A stretch of 24,000 nucleotides of DNA. It comes from Alphaproteobacteria bacterium. GTDB taxonomy: Bacteria; Pseudomonadota; Alphaproteobacteria; Rhizobiales; OSC116. The stretch lies in the NCBI GenBank assembly GCA_002400495.2, contig NVQL02000063.1, positions 1-24,000 of the forward strand, written 5' to 3'. Positions 15,877 through 24,000 of this stretch are shown here, in pieces. Made by a program: the position numbers and the translations under genes. Each line of letters begins with the position of its first letter. Within the stretch, counting starts at the first letter, position 1. A model generated the notes under the pieces. It saw nothing but the letters and a program-made list of their open reading frames with translations. It had not been told where the DNA came from and did no database searches.

Positions 15877-17697
15877 ATGGCAAAAGCAGAAACTAAACCA
15901 TTTAATTTAGATGATTATGATGTTGTAGAGCATGAGTATGATGTGGTTGTGGTTGGCGCTGGTGGCGCTGGTTTGCGTGCTACACTGGGTGCGGCACAAG
16001 CTGGTTTGCGCACTGCATGCATCACTAAAGTTTTCCCGACACGCTCGCATACGGTTGCGGCGCAAGGCGGGGTTGCGGCTTCACTTGGCAATATGAGCCC
16101 TGATAATTGGAAGTGGCATATGTATGACACGGTCAAAGGATCGGACTGGCTGGGTGATCAAGACGCGATTGAATATTTATGCCGTAACGCTCCTAAAGCG
16201 GTTTACGAGCTGGAGCATTTTGGTGTTCCTTTCTCGCGTACCGAAGAAGGTAAAATTTACCAACGGCCATTTGGTGGTATGATGCAGAATTTTGGCGAAG
16301 GGCCTGAAGCTCAGCGCACATGTGCTGCGGCTGACCGTACGGGTCATGCTATGTTGCATACATTATACGGCCAAAGCTTGCGCTACGATGCAGAGTTCTT
16401 TATTGAGTATTTTGCCATCGATTTGATTATGGAAGACGGCGAATGTAAAGGCGTGGTTTGCATCAATTTAGATGATGGCAAAATTCATGTTTTCCGCTCA
16501 CACGTGGCGATGATGGCGACAGGCGGTTATGGCCGTACATTTTTCTCATGTACATCAGCTCACACTTGCACAGGCGATGGTAATGCCATGGTGATGCGGG
16601 CAGGCCTTGGTTTGCAAGACCCAGAATTTATCCAATTTCACCCCACTGGCATTTATGGTGCTGGTTGCTTGATTACTGAAGGTAGCCGCGGTGAAGGCGG
16701 TATTTTAATTAACTCTGAAGGCGAGCGTTTTATGGAACGCTATGCACCAAGCGCTAAAGATTTGGCCTCACGCGATGTGGTGTCGCGCGCGATGACCATT
16801 GAGATCAGAGAAGGCCGCGGTGTTGGGCCGAATAAAGATCATATTTATCTGCATTTAGACCATCTAGACCCTGCTTTGCTAGCTGAACGCCTGCCGGGTA
16901 TTTCAGAATCGGCTAAAGTTTTTGCGGGTGTTGATGTTAATAAAGAGCCGATTCCTGTTTTGCCAACTGTGCATTATAATATGGGCGGCATTCCGACCAA
17001 TTATCATGGTGAGGTGATTGACCCAACTAAAGATGACCCGAACGCAACCGTGCCAGGGCTTATGGCGATTGGTGAAGCGGCTTGTGTGTCGGTACATGGT
17101 GCCAACAGATTGGGCAGTAATTCACTGATCGATCTTGTGGTATTTGGCCGTGCTGCTGGCCTGCGAGTGGGCGAGACGGTGACTGCCAACAGCCCACACG
17201 CTCCGCTTAAAGACGATGGTCATTTATTTGGCATGAAACGTTTGCATGAAGCGCGGTTTAAATCGGGTTCAAAATCCACCGCCGAAATGCGTTTAAGTAT
17301 GCAAAAAATTATGCAAACTAACTGCGCGGTGTTCAGAGATGGCCCGATTTTGAAAGAAGGCGTTGAGCTGATTTCTGAATTGTGGAATGAATCTGATGAT
17401 ATCGAAGTGACCGATAAAAGCTTGATCTGGAATAGTGATCTTATTGAATGTTTGGAATATGATAACCTGATCATTCAAGCGGCAGCGTCAATGGTTGCGG
17501 CCGAAAACCGCAAGGAAAGCCGCGGCGGTCATGCGCGTGAAGATTTCTCGGAACGTGATGATAAAAAATGGATGAAGCATACGCTGACCAAAATTGATTT
17601 TAAAAAGAAAAAAGTCAAAATCACTTATCGTCCTGTGCATGATTTTACCATGACTGATGAGATTGATTATATCAAACCCAAAAAACGTGTTTACTAA
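15877..17697 (+). CDS. sdhA: succinate dehydrogenase flavoprotein subunit
   Basis: 606 aa with the FAD-binding [13 protein letters not shown], the covalent-FAD His motif [10 protein letters not shown], and the C-terminal RGGHAREDF. Confidence 0.97.
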   Translation: MAKAETKPFNLDDYDVVEHEYDVVVVGAGGAGLRATLGAAQAGLRTACITKVFPTRSHTVAAQGGVAASLGNMSPDNWKWHMYDTVKGSDWLGDQDAIEYLCRNAPKAVYELEHFGVPFSRTEEGKIYQRPFGGMMQNFGEGPEAQRTCAAADRTGHAMLHTLYGQSLRYDAEFFIEYFAIDLIMEDGECKGVVCINLDDGKIHVFRSHVAMMATGGYGRTFFSCTSAHTCTGDGNAMVMRAGLGLQDPEFIQFHPTGIYGAGCLITEGSRGEGGILINSEGERFMERYAPSAKDLASRDVVSRAMTIEIREGRGVGPNKDHIYLHLDHLDPALLAERLPGISESAKVFAGVDVNKEPIPVLPTVHYNMGGIPTNYHGEVIDPTKDDPNATVPGLMAIGEAACVSVHGANRLGSNSLIDLVVFGRAAGLRVGETVTANSPHAPLKDDGHLFGMKRLHEARFKSGSKSTAEMRLSMQKIMQTNCAVFRDGPILKEGVELISELWNESDDIEVTDKSLIWNSDLIECLEYDNLIIQAAASMVAAENRKESRGGHAREDFSERDDKKWMKHTLTKIDFKKKKVKITYRPVHDFTMTDEIDYIKPKKRVY

Positions 17698-17709
17698 GGG
17701 AGAGAATAA

Positions 17710-18489
17710 ATGGTTGAACTAGCTCTACCTAAAAATTCGGTGTTACAAGGCGGCAAAGAATGGGCGAAGGCCGAAGGCGTGTCGAATACCAAAACCTTTA
17801 AAGTCTATCGTTGGAATCCTGATGATGGCAAAAACCCGAGCATGGATACTTATCATGTTGATATGGATGATTGCGGGCCGATGGTTTTGGATGCGATTAT
17901 CAAGATTAAAAGCGACATTGACTCGACATTGACCTTTAGGCGCTCGTGCCGCGAGGGCATTTGTGGCTCATGCGCGATGAATATAGATGGCTCAAATACA
18001 CTGGCTTGCACCAAAGCCATTGCAGATGTAAAGGGCGATGTGAAAATTTACCCGTTGCCGCATTTGCAAGTGATTAAAGATTTGGTGCCCGATCTGACTA
18101 ATTTTTATGCTCAGCATGCGTCTATCGAGCCATGGCTTAAAACCACCACAGTTGAGCCTGAAAAAGAATGGCTGCAAAGCCCCGAAGACCGCGCGAAATT
18201 GGATGGCTTATATGAGTGTATTTTGTGCGCTTGTTGCGCGACCTCTTGCCCCTCTTACTGGTGGAATGGCGATCGCTATTTAGGCCCGGCTATTTTGTTG
18301 CAATCCTATCGCTGGTTGATTGATAGCCGTGATGAAGCGACTGGCGAGAGGCTTGATGATTTGGAAGATCCATTTAGGCTTTACCGTTGCCATACGATTA
18401 TGAATTGCGCCAAAGCTTGCCCTAAAGGGCTAAGCCCTGCTAAAGCCATTGCCTCGATTAAGGCCATGATGGTTGAGCGTAGATACTAA
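17710..18489 (+). CDS. sdhB: succinate dehydrogenase iron-sulfur subunit
   Basis: 259 aa with three Cys clusters: [23 protein letters not shown] and [12 protein letters not shown]. Confidence 0.97.
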   Translation: MVELALPKNSVLQGGKEWAKAEGVSNTKTFKVYRWNPDDGKNPSMDTYHVDMDDCGPMVLDAIIKIKSDIDSTLTFRRSCREGICGSCAMNIDGSNTLACTKAIADVKGDVKIYPLPHLQVIKDLVPDLTNFYAQHASIEPWLKTTTVEPEKEWLQSPEDRAKLDGLYECILCACCATSCPSYWWNGDRYLGPAILLQSYRWLIDSRDEATGERLDDLEDPFRLYRCHTIMNCAKACPKGLSPAKAIASIKAMMVERRY

Positions 18490-18490
18490 A

Positions 18491-19021
18491 ATGTTGTTCA
18501 GCGTTAGAATTGATGATGAGCTTGAATTGGCGCTTTTGGTGCCTAAATATGTGCGGCAGAATTATGACATTATTGCGGCTGAGCAAGATTATCTGAATCA
18601 GTGGTTATATTGGCCTAAAGATACCAAAACTTATGATGATTTAAATAAATTTGCGGTTGAGAGTATCAAAGAATTTGCTGATGGCAAATCGATGACTTGC
18701 GCGATTGTTTATAATGGCGCGGCGGTTGGTGCGGGTGGTTTTAACTCGATTACGCCAACTTTGAAAAAAGCGCTTATTGGCTATTGGTTAGGTTCTGAAT
18801 TTCAGGGCAAAGGCATTATGACCCGGGTGGTGAAATTTCTCATCCAATATGGGTTTGATGAATTGGGTTTGGAAAAAATAGAAACCGCGCATGCGGTGGG
18901 TAATGTGCCGAGCCAAAAAGTGATTTTGGCGGCAGGCTTTGAGCAAGAAGGCGTTATCAAAAATGCCGAAAACCTGCATGGCAAAATTGTTGACCATGTG
19001 GTTTACGGCATTTCTAAATAG
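18491..19021 (+). CDS. GNAT family N-acetyltransferase (RimJ/RimL-like)
   Basis: The start is taken at ATG 18491, 1 nt after the sdhB stop. The IGYWLGSEFQGKGIMTRVVKFLIQYGFDELGLEKIE core is typical of RimJ/RimL-type GNATs. Confidence 0.75.
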   Translation: MLFSVRIDDELELALLVPKYVRQNYDIIAAEQDYLNQWLYWPKDTKTYDDLNKFAVESIKEFADGKSMTCAIVYNGAAVGAGGFNSITPTLKKALIGYWLGSEFQGKGIMTRVVKFLIQYGFDELGLEKIETAHAVGNVPSQKVILAAGFEQEGVIKNAENLHGKIVDHVVYGISK

Positions 19022-19208
19022 CTCAACATTTCCATCTGCCCCTGTTATCCAAATAACGTGCCATTCAGTGAGTGCGATAGCGGCCGTTCGAAGCCGCTGC
19101 CGTCTAACGCGCGGTAGGCAAGAGAGCGTAGCGAACGCACGCAAGTGTCAGCAGAGAGCGTAGCGAACGTATAAATGCAGACTTCCAGAGCATAGGCAGG
19201 AGTGCCAA
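19019..19208 (+). repeat. structured intergenic repeat, left-type arm, copy 2
   Basis: See the 14355 copy. It starts at the TAG stop of the GNAT gene at the same offset (stop codon, 6 nt, then ATTTCCATCT). It contains an internal 16-nt direct duplication, GAGAGCGTAGCGAACG, at 19122-19137 and 19154-19169. Confidence 0.85.
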
Positions 19209-19218
19209 TTGTCGTTTT

Positions 19219-19689
19219 CTAATTGCGTTCGATGCGGCAGGCAAAGCAGGTGTAGGTTGCGCTGCGTACATGTACGTATTCGCAGTCTTCATTGGCGAAT
19301 ATTTTTTCTACCTTAGCTCCAATGTCAGCCGATGCTACGCGTTGGCCTGTGCCGTACATTATGGCCTTGGTGGCTTTGCTGTAGCCGCGTATCATATAAT
19401 GTTCGCGGGTTAGAAATGATGGGGGCAAGGTGTCGGCATCATAGGCTTTGCAGGTTTTTGCATGCAGAAATATCGGGCCGACTTCGGTGTAGGCGTGTTT
19501 TGTTGTGAATGGGCTATAGGCGAGGGCGAGGAATTCATCACCTTTGGCGATGTCATCTAGGCAGTGGCGGCAGGGCATGCCGCCGCCGTCTGATATGGCG
19601 AGAGTTGGTTTGTTGCCGTGGGCGTCTAGGCCGCCATTGATGAATTCGAGATATTGTTCTGTTGGCATGGGTAGGAATTTGTGTTTCAT
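19219..19689 (-). CDS. DUF1203 family protein
   Basis: 156 aa with MPCRHCL, GPIFLH and YVHVRSA...CFACRIER motifs, matching my recollection of DUF1203. A strong Shine-Dalgarno (AGAGGAGAAAACC ATG) is upstream. Function is unknown. Confidence 0.8.
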   Translation of the reverse strand: MKHKFLPMPTEQYLEFINGGLDAHGNKPTLAISDGGGMPCRHCLDDIAKGDEFLALAYSPFTTKHAYTEVGPIFLHAKTCKAYDADTLPPSFLTREHYMIRGYSKATKAIMYGTGQRVASADIGAKVEKIFANEDCEYVHVRSATYTCFACRIERN

Positions 19690-19760
19690 GGTTTTCTCCT
19701 CTGATGTGGAGATGAATAGATGAGACGGCGGGGTAAGGCGACCCGATATTGGTTTAAGAG

Positions 19761-19944
19761 ATAAGAAAGTTGGCTGTACTGTTGATACTCGGGTACTTCA
19801 TTTATACGTTCGCTTGAGCTCACTGTTGACACTTGCGTGCGCGCTTAAGCGCTTGCTGACCGCGCGTGGGCTGACTGGGGCTGCGAATGGCTACTGGACG
19901 CGCTCACCGAAATACAGGGGTGCTTGGAGTGTGAAGGTGGTTCA
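19761..19944 (-). repeat. structured intergenic repeat, right-type arm, copy 2 (inverted relative to 19019-19208)
   Basis: Its reverse complement carries CACCCCTGT, CGGTGAGCGCG, GCCATTCGCAGC, CACGCGCGG, GCAAGTGTCAACAG, CGTATAAATGAAGTACCCGAGTAT and AACTTTCTTAT. Its outer end overlaps the TGA stop of the NnrU-like gene. It is the most diverged of the four copies. Confidence 0.8.
19801..19829 (-). promoter_or_regulatory. sigma70-like promoter candidate inside the right-type repeat, facing the DUF1203 gene
   Basis: On the minus strand the sequence reads TCAACA (19829-19824), a 17-nt spacer, then TATAAA (19806-19801), about 112 nt upstream of the DUF1203 ATG. This is a motif-only call with a 4/6 match to the -35 consensus. 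Confidence 0.3.
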
Positions 19945-20505
19945 GAATACGCTGACGCCTGTAAAATAGGGGTGTGCCATGCCGACGGCGCTGTAGATGA
20001 TGAAGCCGATGGTGAATGCGTATATATCGTATTTGTAATGATAGGTGGTGTTGGGGGTGGGTTTTTGATGTTTAAAATAAAGTGCTGTTAGTGCGTAGAG
20101 TAGAAAACCGCCAAACATAATTATGCTGTGCAGGTCGCCGTTGGCGCATAGATGGCCGAAGCTCCATATTACAATGCTGGTGATGGCGGGGGCTTTGACC
20201 CAGCGTTTAATGTGGCCGTTGAAAAATTGTGAGGACAGCATGAAGAATGCTAGGAGCATAGTGGCTTTGTTAAAATTTGTGCCCCAAATGGGTGGTTGGT
20301 AAATTGGGGTAAAATCGCGTTGGTAGAAGCCTGAAATGATGAGCAGTAAAGCTGCTGTTGATGTTAGGCCGTAGGCGGCGAAAAATTTTCGGCGGCTATA
20401 TTTGGTAATTAGGCTTTGGCGCAAACCGCCAATGGCCGAAATTAGGTGGGTGATGTTGATAATAAGAACACCCAGAATTAGCATAAAAATATTCATAACC
20501 ATCAC
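19942..20505 (-). CDS. NnrU family membrane protein
   Basis: 187 aa and polytopic. The region KAPAITSIVIWSFGHLCANGDLHSIIMFGGFLLYAL matches the NnrU signature region (HP..L....WA.AHLL.NGDL....LFG). The start is ambiguous (GTG 20505, ATG 20502 or ATG 20496). Confidence 0.65.
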   Translation of the reverse strand: MMVMNIFMLILGVLIINITHLISAIGGLRQSLITKYSRRKFFAAYGLTSTAALLLIISGFYQRDFTPIYQPPIWGTNFNKATMLLAFFMLSSQFFNGHIKRWVKAPAITSIVIWSFGHLCANGDLHSIIMFGGFLLYALTALYFKHQKPTPNTTYHYKYDIYAFTIGFIIYSAVGMAHPYFTGVSVF

Positions 20506-20573
20506 ATAAATTGCATTGTATTTGATGAGTTTATCGCTAAGCTAGAATTTTTCAATGTAAAGGTGGGCGACAA

Positions 20574-21200
20574 ATGAGCACATATCAATTATATGGGTTT
20601 GCGCAATCTGGTCACAGTTATAAAGTGGCGTTAATGCTTGAGCTTTTGGGGGTGGATTGGCAAGTTGAAAAAGTTGATTTTTTTAAGGGTGAAACGCGCA
20701 GCGATGAATATCGTAACAATGTGAATGAAATGGGTGAAGTGCCTGTTTTGGTCGAAAATGGTGAGAAAATGACCCAATCTGGGGTGATTTTGGACTATTT
20801 GGCCGATAAATATGACCAATTTGGCGGCAAAACTGCGGCTGAAAAGCGCGATATTTGGCGTTGGGTGCTTTATGACAATCATAAAATTAGCTCACAAATT
20901 GGGCCGTTGCGTTTTATGGTCGGCATTAAAAAAATGGATGAGAATGATGTGACGAAATATTTGCGTGGCCGCATCACCGATGCGTTGGGTGTGATGGAAA
21001 AGCATTTAGATGGTCAAGATTATTTTGTTGGGAATCGCGCGACGATTGCTGATTTTACATTGTGTAGCTATTTATTTTTTGCCGATGAATTTGGTTATGA
21101 TTGGGCGGATTATCCCCATATTGACAGATGGTTGAATAATATTAAAGGCCTGAAAGGCTGGCAACATCCTTATGATTTATTACCGAAATTAGAGGCTTAA
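20574..21200 (+). CDS. glutathione S-transferase family protein
   Basis: 208 aa. The N-terminal thioredoxin-like GST domain (YKVALMLELLGVDW...MGEVPVL...SGVILDYLADKY) is followed by an alpha-helical C-terminal domain. Confidence 0.8.
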   Translation: MSTYQLYGFAQSGHSYKVALMLELLGVDWQVEKVDFFKGETRSDEYRNNVNEMGEVPVLVENGEKMTQSGVILDYLADKYDQFGGKTAAEKRDIWRWVLYDNHKISSQIGPLRFMVGIKKMDENDVTKYLRGRITDALGVMEKHLDGQDYFVGNRATIADFTLCSYLFFADEFGYDWADYPHIDRWLNNIKGLKGWQHPYDLLPKLEA

Positions 21201-21203
21201 TTA

Positions 21204-22139
21204 ATGCAAAAAATGGATGCGATTTATAGCCTGAACCCACTTAATCGGCTTGACCAAACGCGTGGCAACGAAGCGGATTTTAAAAGCCGCCGTGGTTTGG
21301 ACAGTAGTGTATTTTTGCTGTTTAATGGCAATGAACTGCTGGTGCATGATGAGACATTGTGCGAATTTTCAGGTTTGCAGTTAAAACAATATGATATGAA
21401 TGTGCATGACAGCGTGTTGCTGGGCGAGTTGGAGGGCGTGAATTATTTTGCCATCAGCGTGGAGGACAATAAAAATGTCGCCACTCGTGATGATGATGGC
21501 AATTTTTCTGCCCATCCATTACGCAAATTTCCGACGCGATTATTCACCGAAAAAAACCTTTATCCCGAAGCTAAATTGGGCATTTTGGCGCAAGCGGCGT
21601 CGGTGCTGAATTGGCATTTGTCGCACACTCATTGCGCTTGTTGTGGTGAACCAACGCAAATTGCGCATAGCGGGTGGCGGCGCGATTGCCCGTCTGAAAC
21701 CTGCGGTCGTCAGCATTTTCCGCGGGTTGACCCTGTGGTGATTATGTTGGTCACTTATGGCGATCAATGCTTGCTTGGCCGTGGTCATCAATTTCCCGAA
21801 AGCCGTTATTCATGCCTTGCTGGGTTTGTTGAAAGTGGCGAGACGATTGAAGATGCGGCGCGGCGCGAATTGTTTGAAGAAGCGGGGGTTGCTGGTGGGG
21901 ATACGCATTATCTGCTCAGTCAGCCTTGGCCGTTTCCATCATCTTTAATGTTTGGCATGCATATCGAGGCCAAAACCCAAAAACTTAAAATTGATTATCA
22001 TGAAATTGCCGATGCCATGTGGGTTGATAAAGCCGATATTGTCAAAGGCCTTGCGGGTGATGAAAGCCTGCCATTCATCTTGCCGCCATCGGTTGCCATC
22101 GCGCGTAACCTGCTTGAAATTTGGGTGGGTGATAAATAA
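21204..22139 (+). CDS. nudC: NADH pyrophosphatase (Nudix hydrolase with zinc ribbon)
   Basis: Has a zinc ribbon (CACCGEPT...CPSETCGRQHFPRVDPVVI), the Nudix box GFVESGETIEDAARRELFEEAGV, and the downstream SQPWPFPSSLM motif characteristic of NudC. Confidence 0.88.
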   Translation: MQKMDAIYSLNPLNRLDQTRGNEADFKSRRGLDSSVFLLFNGNELLVHDETLCEFSGLQLKQYDMNVHDSVLLGELEGVNYFAISVEDNKNVATRDDDGNFSAHPLRKFPTRLFTEKNLYPEAKLGILAQAASVLNWHLSHTHCACCGEPTQIAHSGWRRDCPSETCGRQHFPRVDPVVIMLVTYGDQCLLGRGHQFPESRYSCLAGFVESGETIEDAARRELFEEAGVAGGDTHYLLSQPWPFPSSLMFGMHIEAKTQKLKIDYHEIADAMWVDKADIVKGLAGDESLPFILPPSVAIARNLLEIWVGDK

Positions 22140-22230
22140 CATCACAAAGATGTGATTCGTTGCGACATTATGTCATTTGGATTTTTTTGCCAGATAATGC
22201 ATATTGGCGTAAATGAATATGAGGATTGAT

Positions 22231-22605
22231 ATGCGTCATTTTTTTAAAACTGCCATCGTGGCCGCTACACTTACTTTGAGCTTTGCATCTGTACAAGCTG
22301 CTGAATTGCTGATGTTTGAACATGTTGGCTGTGTGGTGTGCAAAAAATTCAAAGCCGAAATGTTGCCGAAATATCTAAAGAGCAAATATGCCAAGGTTAT
22401 GCCGATCCGCTCGATTGTTGGCGATGACCCAGATCCTTATAAAGGCCTTGAATTAAAAGGTTTTCCGTTTATTTATTCGCCAACATTTGTGCTGGTGCAG
22501 GATGGCAAAGAGCTGGTGCGCATCCAAGGTTTTACCGGCGAAAAATTATTTTGGCAACAGATGGAAAATCTGTATGCTAATCATAAAGACAAATTCACCA
22601 GTTAG
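22231..22605 (+). CDS. periplasmic thioredoxin-like protein (SoxS-like)
   Basis: The start is taken at ATG 22231, with a GAGGA Shine-Dalgarno upstream. The signal peptide ends VQA|AE. Has a CVVC redox motif in LLMFEHVGCVVCKKF, and PTFVLVQDGKELVRIQGFTGEKLFW resembles SoxS-type thioredoxins. It lies adjacent to a CcdA homologue. Confidence 0.6.
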   Translation: MRHFFKTAIVAATLTLSFASVQAAELLMFEHVGCVVCKKFKAEMLPKYLKSKYAKVMPIRSIVGDDPDPYKGLELKGFPFIYSPTFVLVQDGKELVRIQGFTGEKLFWQQMENLYANHKDKFTS

Positions 22606-22621
22606 ATAAGCCAGAACCTCT

Positions 22622-23371
22622 ATGTTAACAGTATCCTATATTAGTGCCTTTTTTGCAGGGCTTATCAGTTTTTTATCGCCTTGTGTGTTGCCACTCATAC
22701 CGCCTTATTTATGTTTTTTGGCGGGCAAAAGCCTTAATGATTTAACCACAGATTTAGAAGCCGATAATGACCAAAGCCATAAATTGCTGAAGCAGTTATC
22801 ATGGCGGGCTTTGGCGTTTGTGTTTGGCTTTTCGACGGTGTTTATTATGCTGGGCGCCACTGCCACCATTTTGGGGCAAGCGGTGCAAAGTTATTTCGTC
22901 ATTTTAAGCCAAATTGCGGGTGTCATCATCATCATTATGGGTGTGCATTTTTTAGGCATTGTTAGAATTCCGTTTTTGAATTTCGAAAAGCGCTATCATG
23001 GTGGTGATAAACCAAGCGGGTTTTTAGGCTCATATGTGATTGGTTTGGCTTTTGCCTTTGGTTGGACGCCGTGCGTTGGGCCGATATTGGCAACCATTTT
23101 GGCGATCGCCTCACAAGAACAATCGGCGTTTACGGGCATGGCCTTGCTGGGTACTTATTCGGCTGGTTTGGGCATTCCATTTATGCTTGCAGCTTTGTTC
23201 TTACGGCCGTTTTTGGGCTTTATGCAGCGCTTTCGCAAACATATGGGCATGGTCGAAAAAATCATGGGGGTGTTCCTGATTTTAGCAGGTATTATGTTCT
23301 TAACAGGTTATATGTCTACACTGTCATATTGGCTGTTAGAAACCTTCCCGGTGTTTAATGATATAGGTTGA
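22622..23371 (+). CDS. ccdA: cytochrome c biogenesis / thiol-disulfide electron transporter CcdA (DsbD_2 family)
   Basis: 249 aa with six predicted TM helices. The two conserved Cys lie in LSPCVLPLIPPY and FGWTPCVGPIL. Confidence 0.85.
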   Translation: MLTVSYISAFFAGLISFLSPCVLPLIPPYLCFLAGKSLNDLTTDLEADNDQSHKLLKQLSWRALAFVFGFSTVFIMLGATATILGQAVQSYFVILSQIAGVIIIIMGVHFLGIVRIPFLNFEKRYHGGDKPSGFLGSYVIGLAFAFGWTPCVGPILATILAIASQEQSAFTGMALLGTYSAGLGIPFMLAALFLRPFLGFMQRFRKHMGMVEKIMGVFLILAGIMFLTGYMSTLSYWLLETFPVFNDIG

Positions 23372-23392
23372 TATTCCGCATTTAATCTTTAA

Positions 23393-23418
23393 TCTCCGAA
23401 CCAATATAAATTCGGAGA
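23393..23418 (+). promoter_or_regulatory. stem-loop overlapping the Shine-Dalgarno of the downstream antiporter gene
   Basis: TCTCCGAA (23393-23400) pairs perfectly with TTCGGAGA (23411-23418) across a 10-nt loop. The 3' arm contains the GGAG that precedes ATG 23427. No T-run follows. Confidence 0.4.
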
Positions 23419-23426
23419 CTAGAAGC

Positions 23427-24000
23427 ATGAGCTTACTCGAGATTTTGGCATTATTGCTCACTTTGTCGGCGGTGTTTGGTTATTTAAACCATCGGTTTTT
23501 AAAATTGCCGCATACCATTGGGCTGATGATTATGGCGATATTGGCCTCGGGCTGTATTGTATTGATCGATTATATTGTGCCGCAATATCACATTAGTTCA
23601 GCTATAAAATCGACCTTGTTGCAGATTGATTTTCATGACGTGGTGATGAATGGCATGCTGAGTGTTTTGCTGTTTGCGGGTGCGGTGCATGTTGATTTGT
23701 CGGATTTGCGTGAGCGTAAATATCCGATTGCTTTGATGGCGAGTTTGGGCTTGTTGATCTCGACATTTTTCATTGGTACAGCGGTGTTTTATCTGCTTGA
23801 ATATTTAGGGCTCGGCATTCCATATTTATGGGCTTTGTTATTTGGTGCGTTGATCAGCCCGACTGACCCTGTGGCGGTGTTGGCGATTTTAAAAAGTGTA
23901 AATATACCACGTGAATTGAAGGCCAAAATTACGGGTGAAAGCCTGTTTAATGACGGCATCGGCGTGGTGGTGTTTGTGATTATTTTGGCGCTAGCTGTAC
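23427..24000 (+). CDS. Na+/H+ antiporter, CPA1/NhaP type (N-terminal part, runs off the window end)
   Basis: My own translation from ATG 23427 is MSLLEILALLLTLSAVFGYLNHRFLKLPHTIGLMI.... It includes ISPTDPVAVLAILK and ITGESLFNDGIGVVVF, which are CPA1 signature motifs. It is absent from the ORF track because no stop codon is reached. Confidence 0.85.
   Translation, partial: MSLLEILALLLTLSAVFGYLNHRFLKLPHTIGLMIMAILASGCIVLIDYIVPQYHISSAIKSTLLQIDFHDVVMNGMLSVLLFAGAVHVDLSDLRERKYPIALMASLGLLISTFFIGTAVFYLLEYLGLGIPYLWALLFGALISPTDPVAVLAILKSVNIPRELKAKITGESLFNDGIGVVVFVIILALAV

Noticed and set aside
14355-19944. Whether the four repeats could be a CRISPR array, integron attC sites or IS200/IS605-type ends.
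   Set aside because: CRISPR is excluded because the repeats are inverted rather than direct, are 180-250 nt long and lie 4.5 kb apart. attC is excluded because the repeats are too long, occur in inverted pairs, and I see no GTTRRRY/RYYYAAC core. IS200/IS605 ends are not inverted copies of each other. No cas, intI, tnpA or tnpB gene is in the window.

Overview
This window reads as ordinary core chromosome of a moderately AT-rich alphaproteobacterium. That assignment is inferred from synteny only: rpsF <> fabD-fabG-acpP-fabF-mltG-gmk, pepA-holC <> surA-pdxA-rsmA, and sdhCDAB. I can support 28 protein-coding genes, two of them truncated by the window edges, and almost all are housekeeping. I see no rRNA, tRNA or CRISPR array, no transposase, integrase, reverse transcriptase or nuclease, and no recognisable multi-gene defence or secondary-metabolite system. 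I do not think a novel protein-based system is present here. One signal is not explained by gene annotation: an unclassified, apparently structured repeat of about 180-250 nt. It occurs four times, as two inward-facing inverted pairs with distinct left-type and right-type arms. One pair (14355-14888) encloses only about 77 bp and inflates the intergenic region upstream of sdhC. The other pair (19019-19944) encloses a complete DUF1203 gene. Three of the four copies begin at the stop codon of the gene upstream of them, and several hairpins show strand-specific or compensatory pairing. Minor oddities are a GGCT-like gene inside the fab operon, a GNAT gene coupled to sdhB, surA-pdxA-rsmA without lptD, and an anti-sigma-like protein lacking both its anti-sigma domain and a sigma-factor partner. 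All calls come from reading the sequence and the ORF translations. No database search was possible, and repeat boundaries are approximate (about +/-10 nt).
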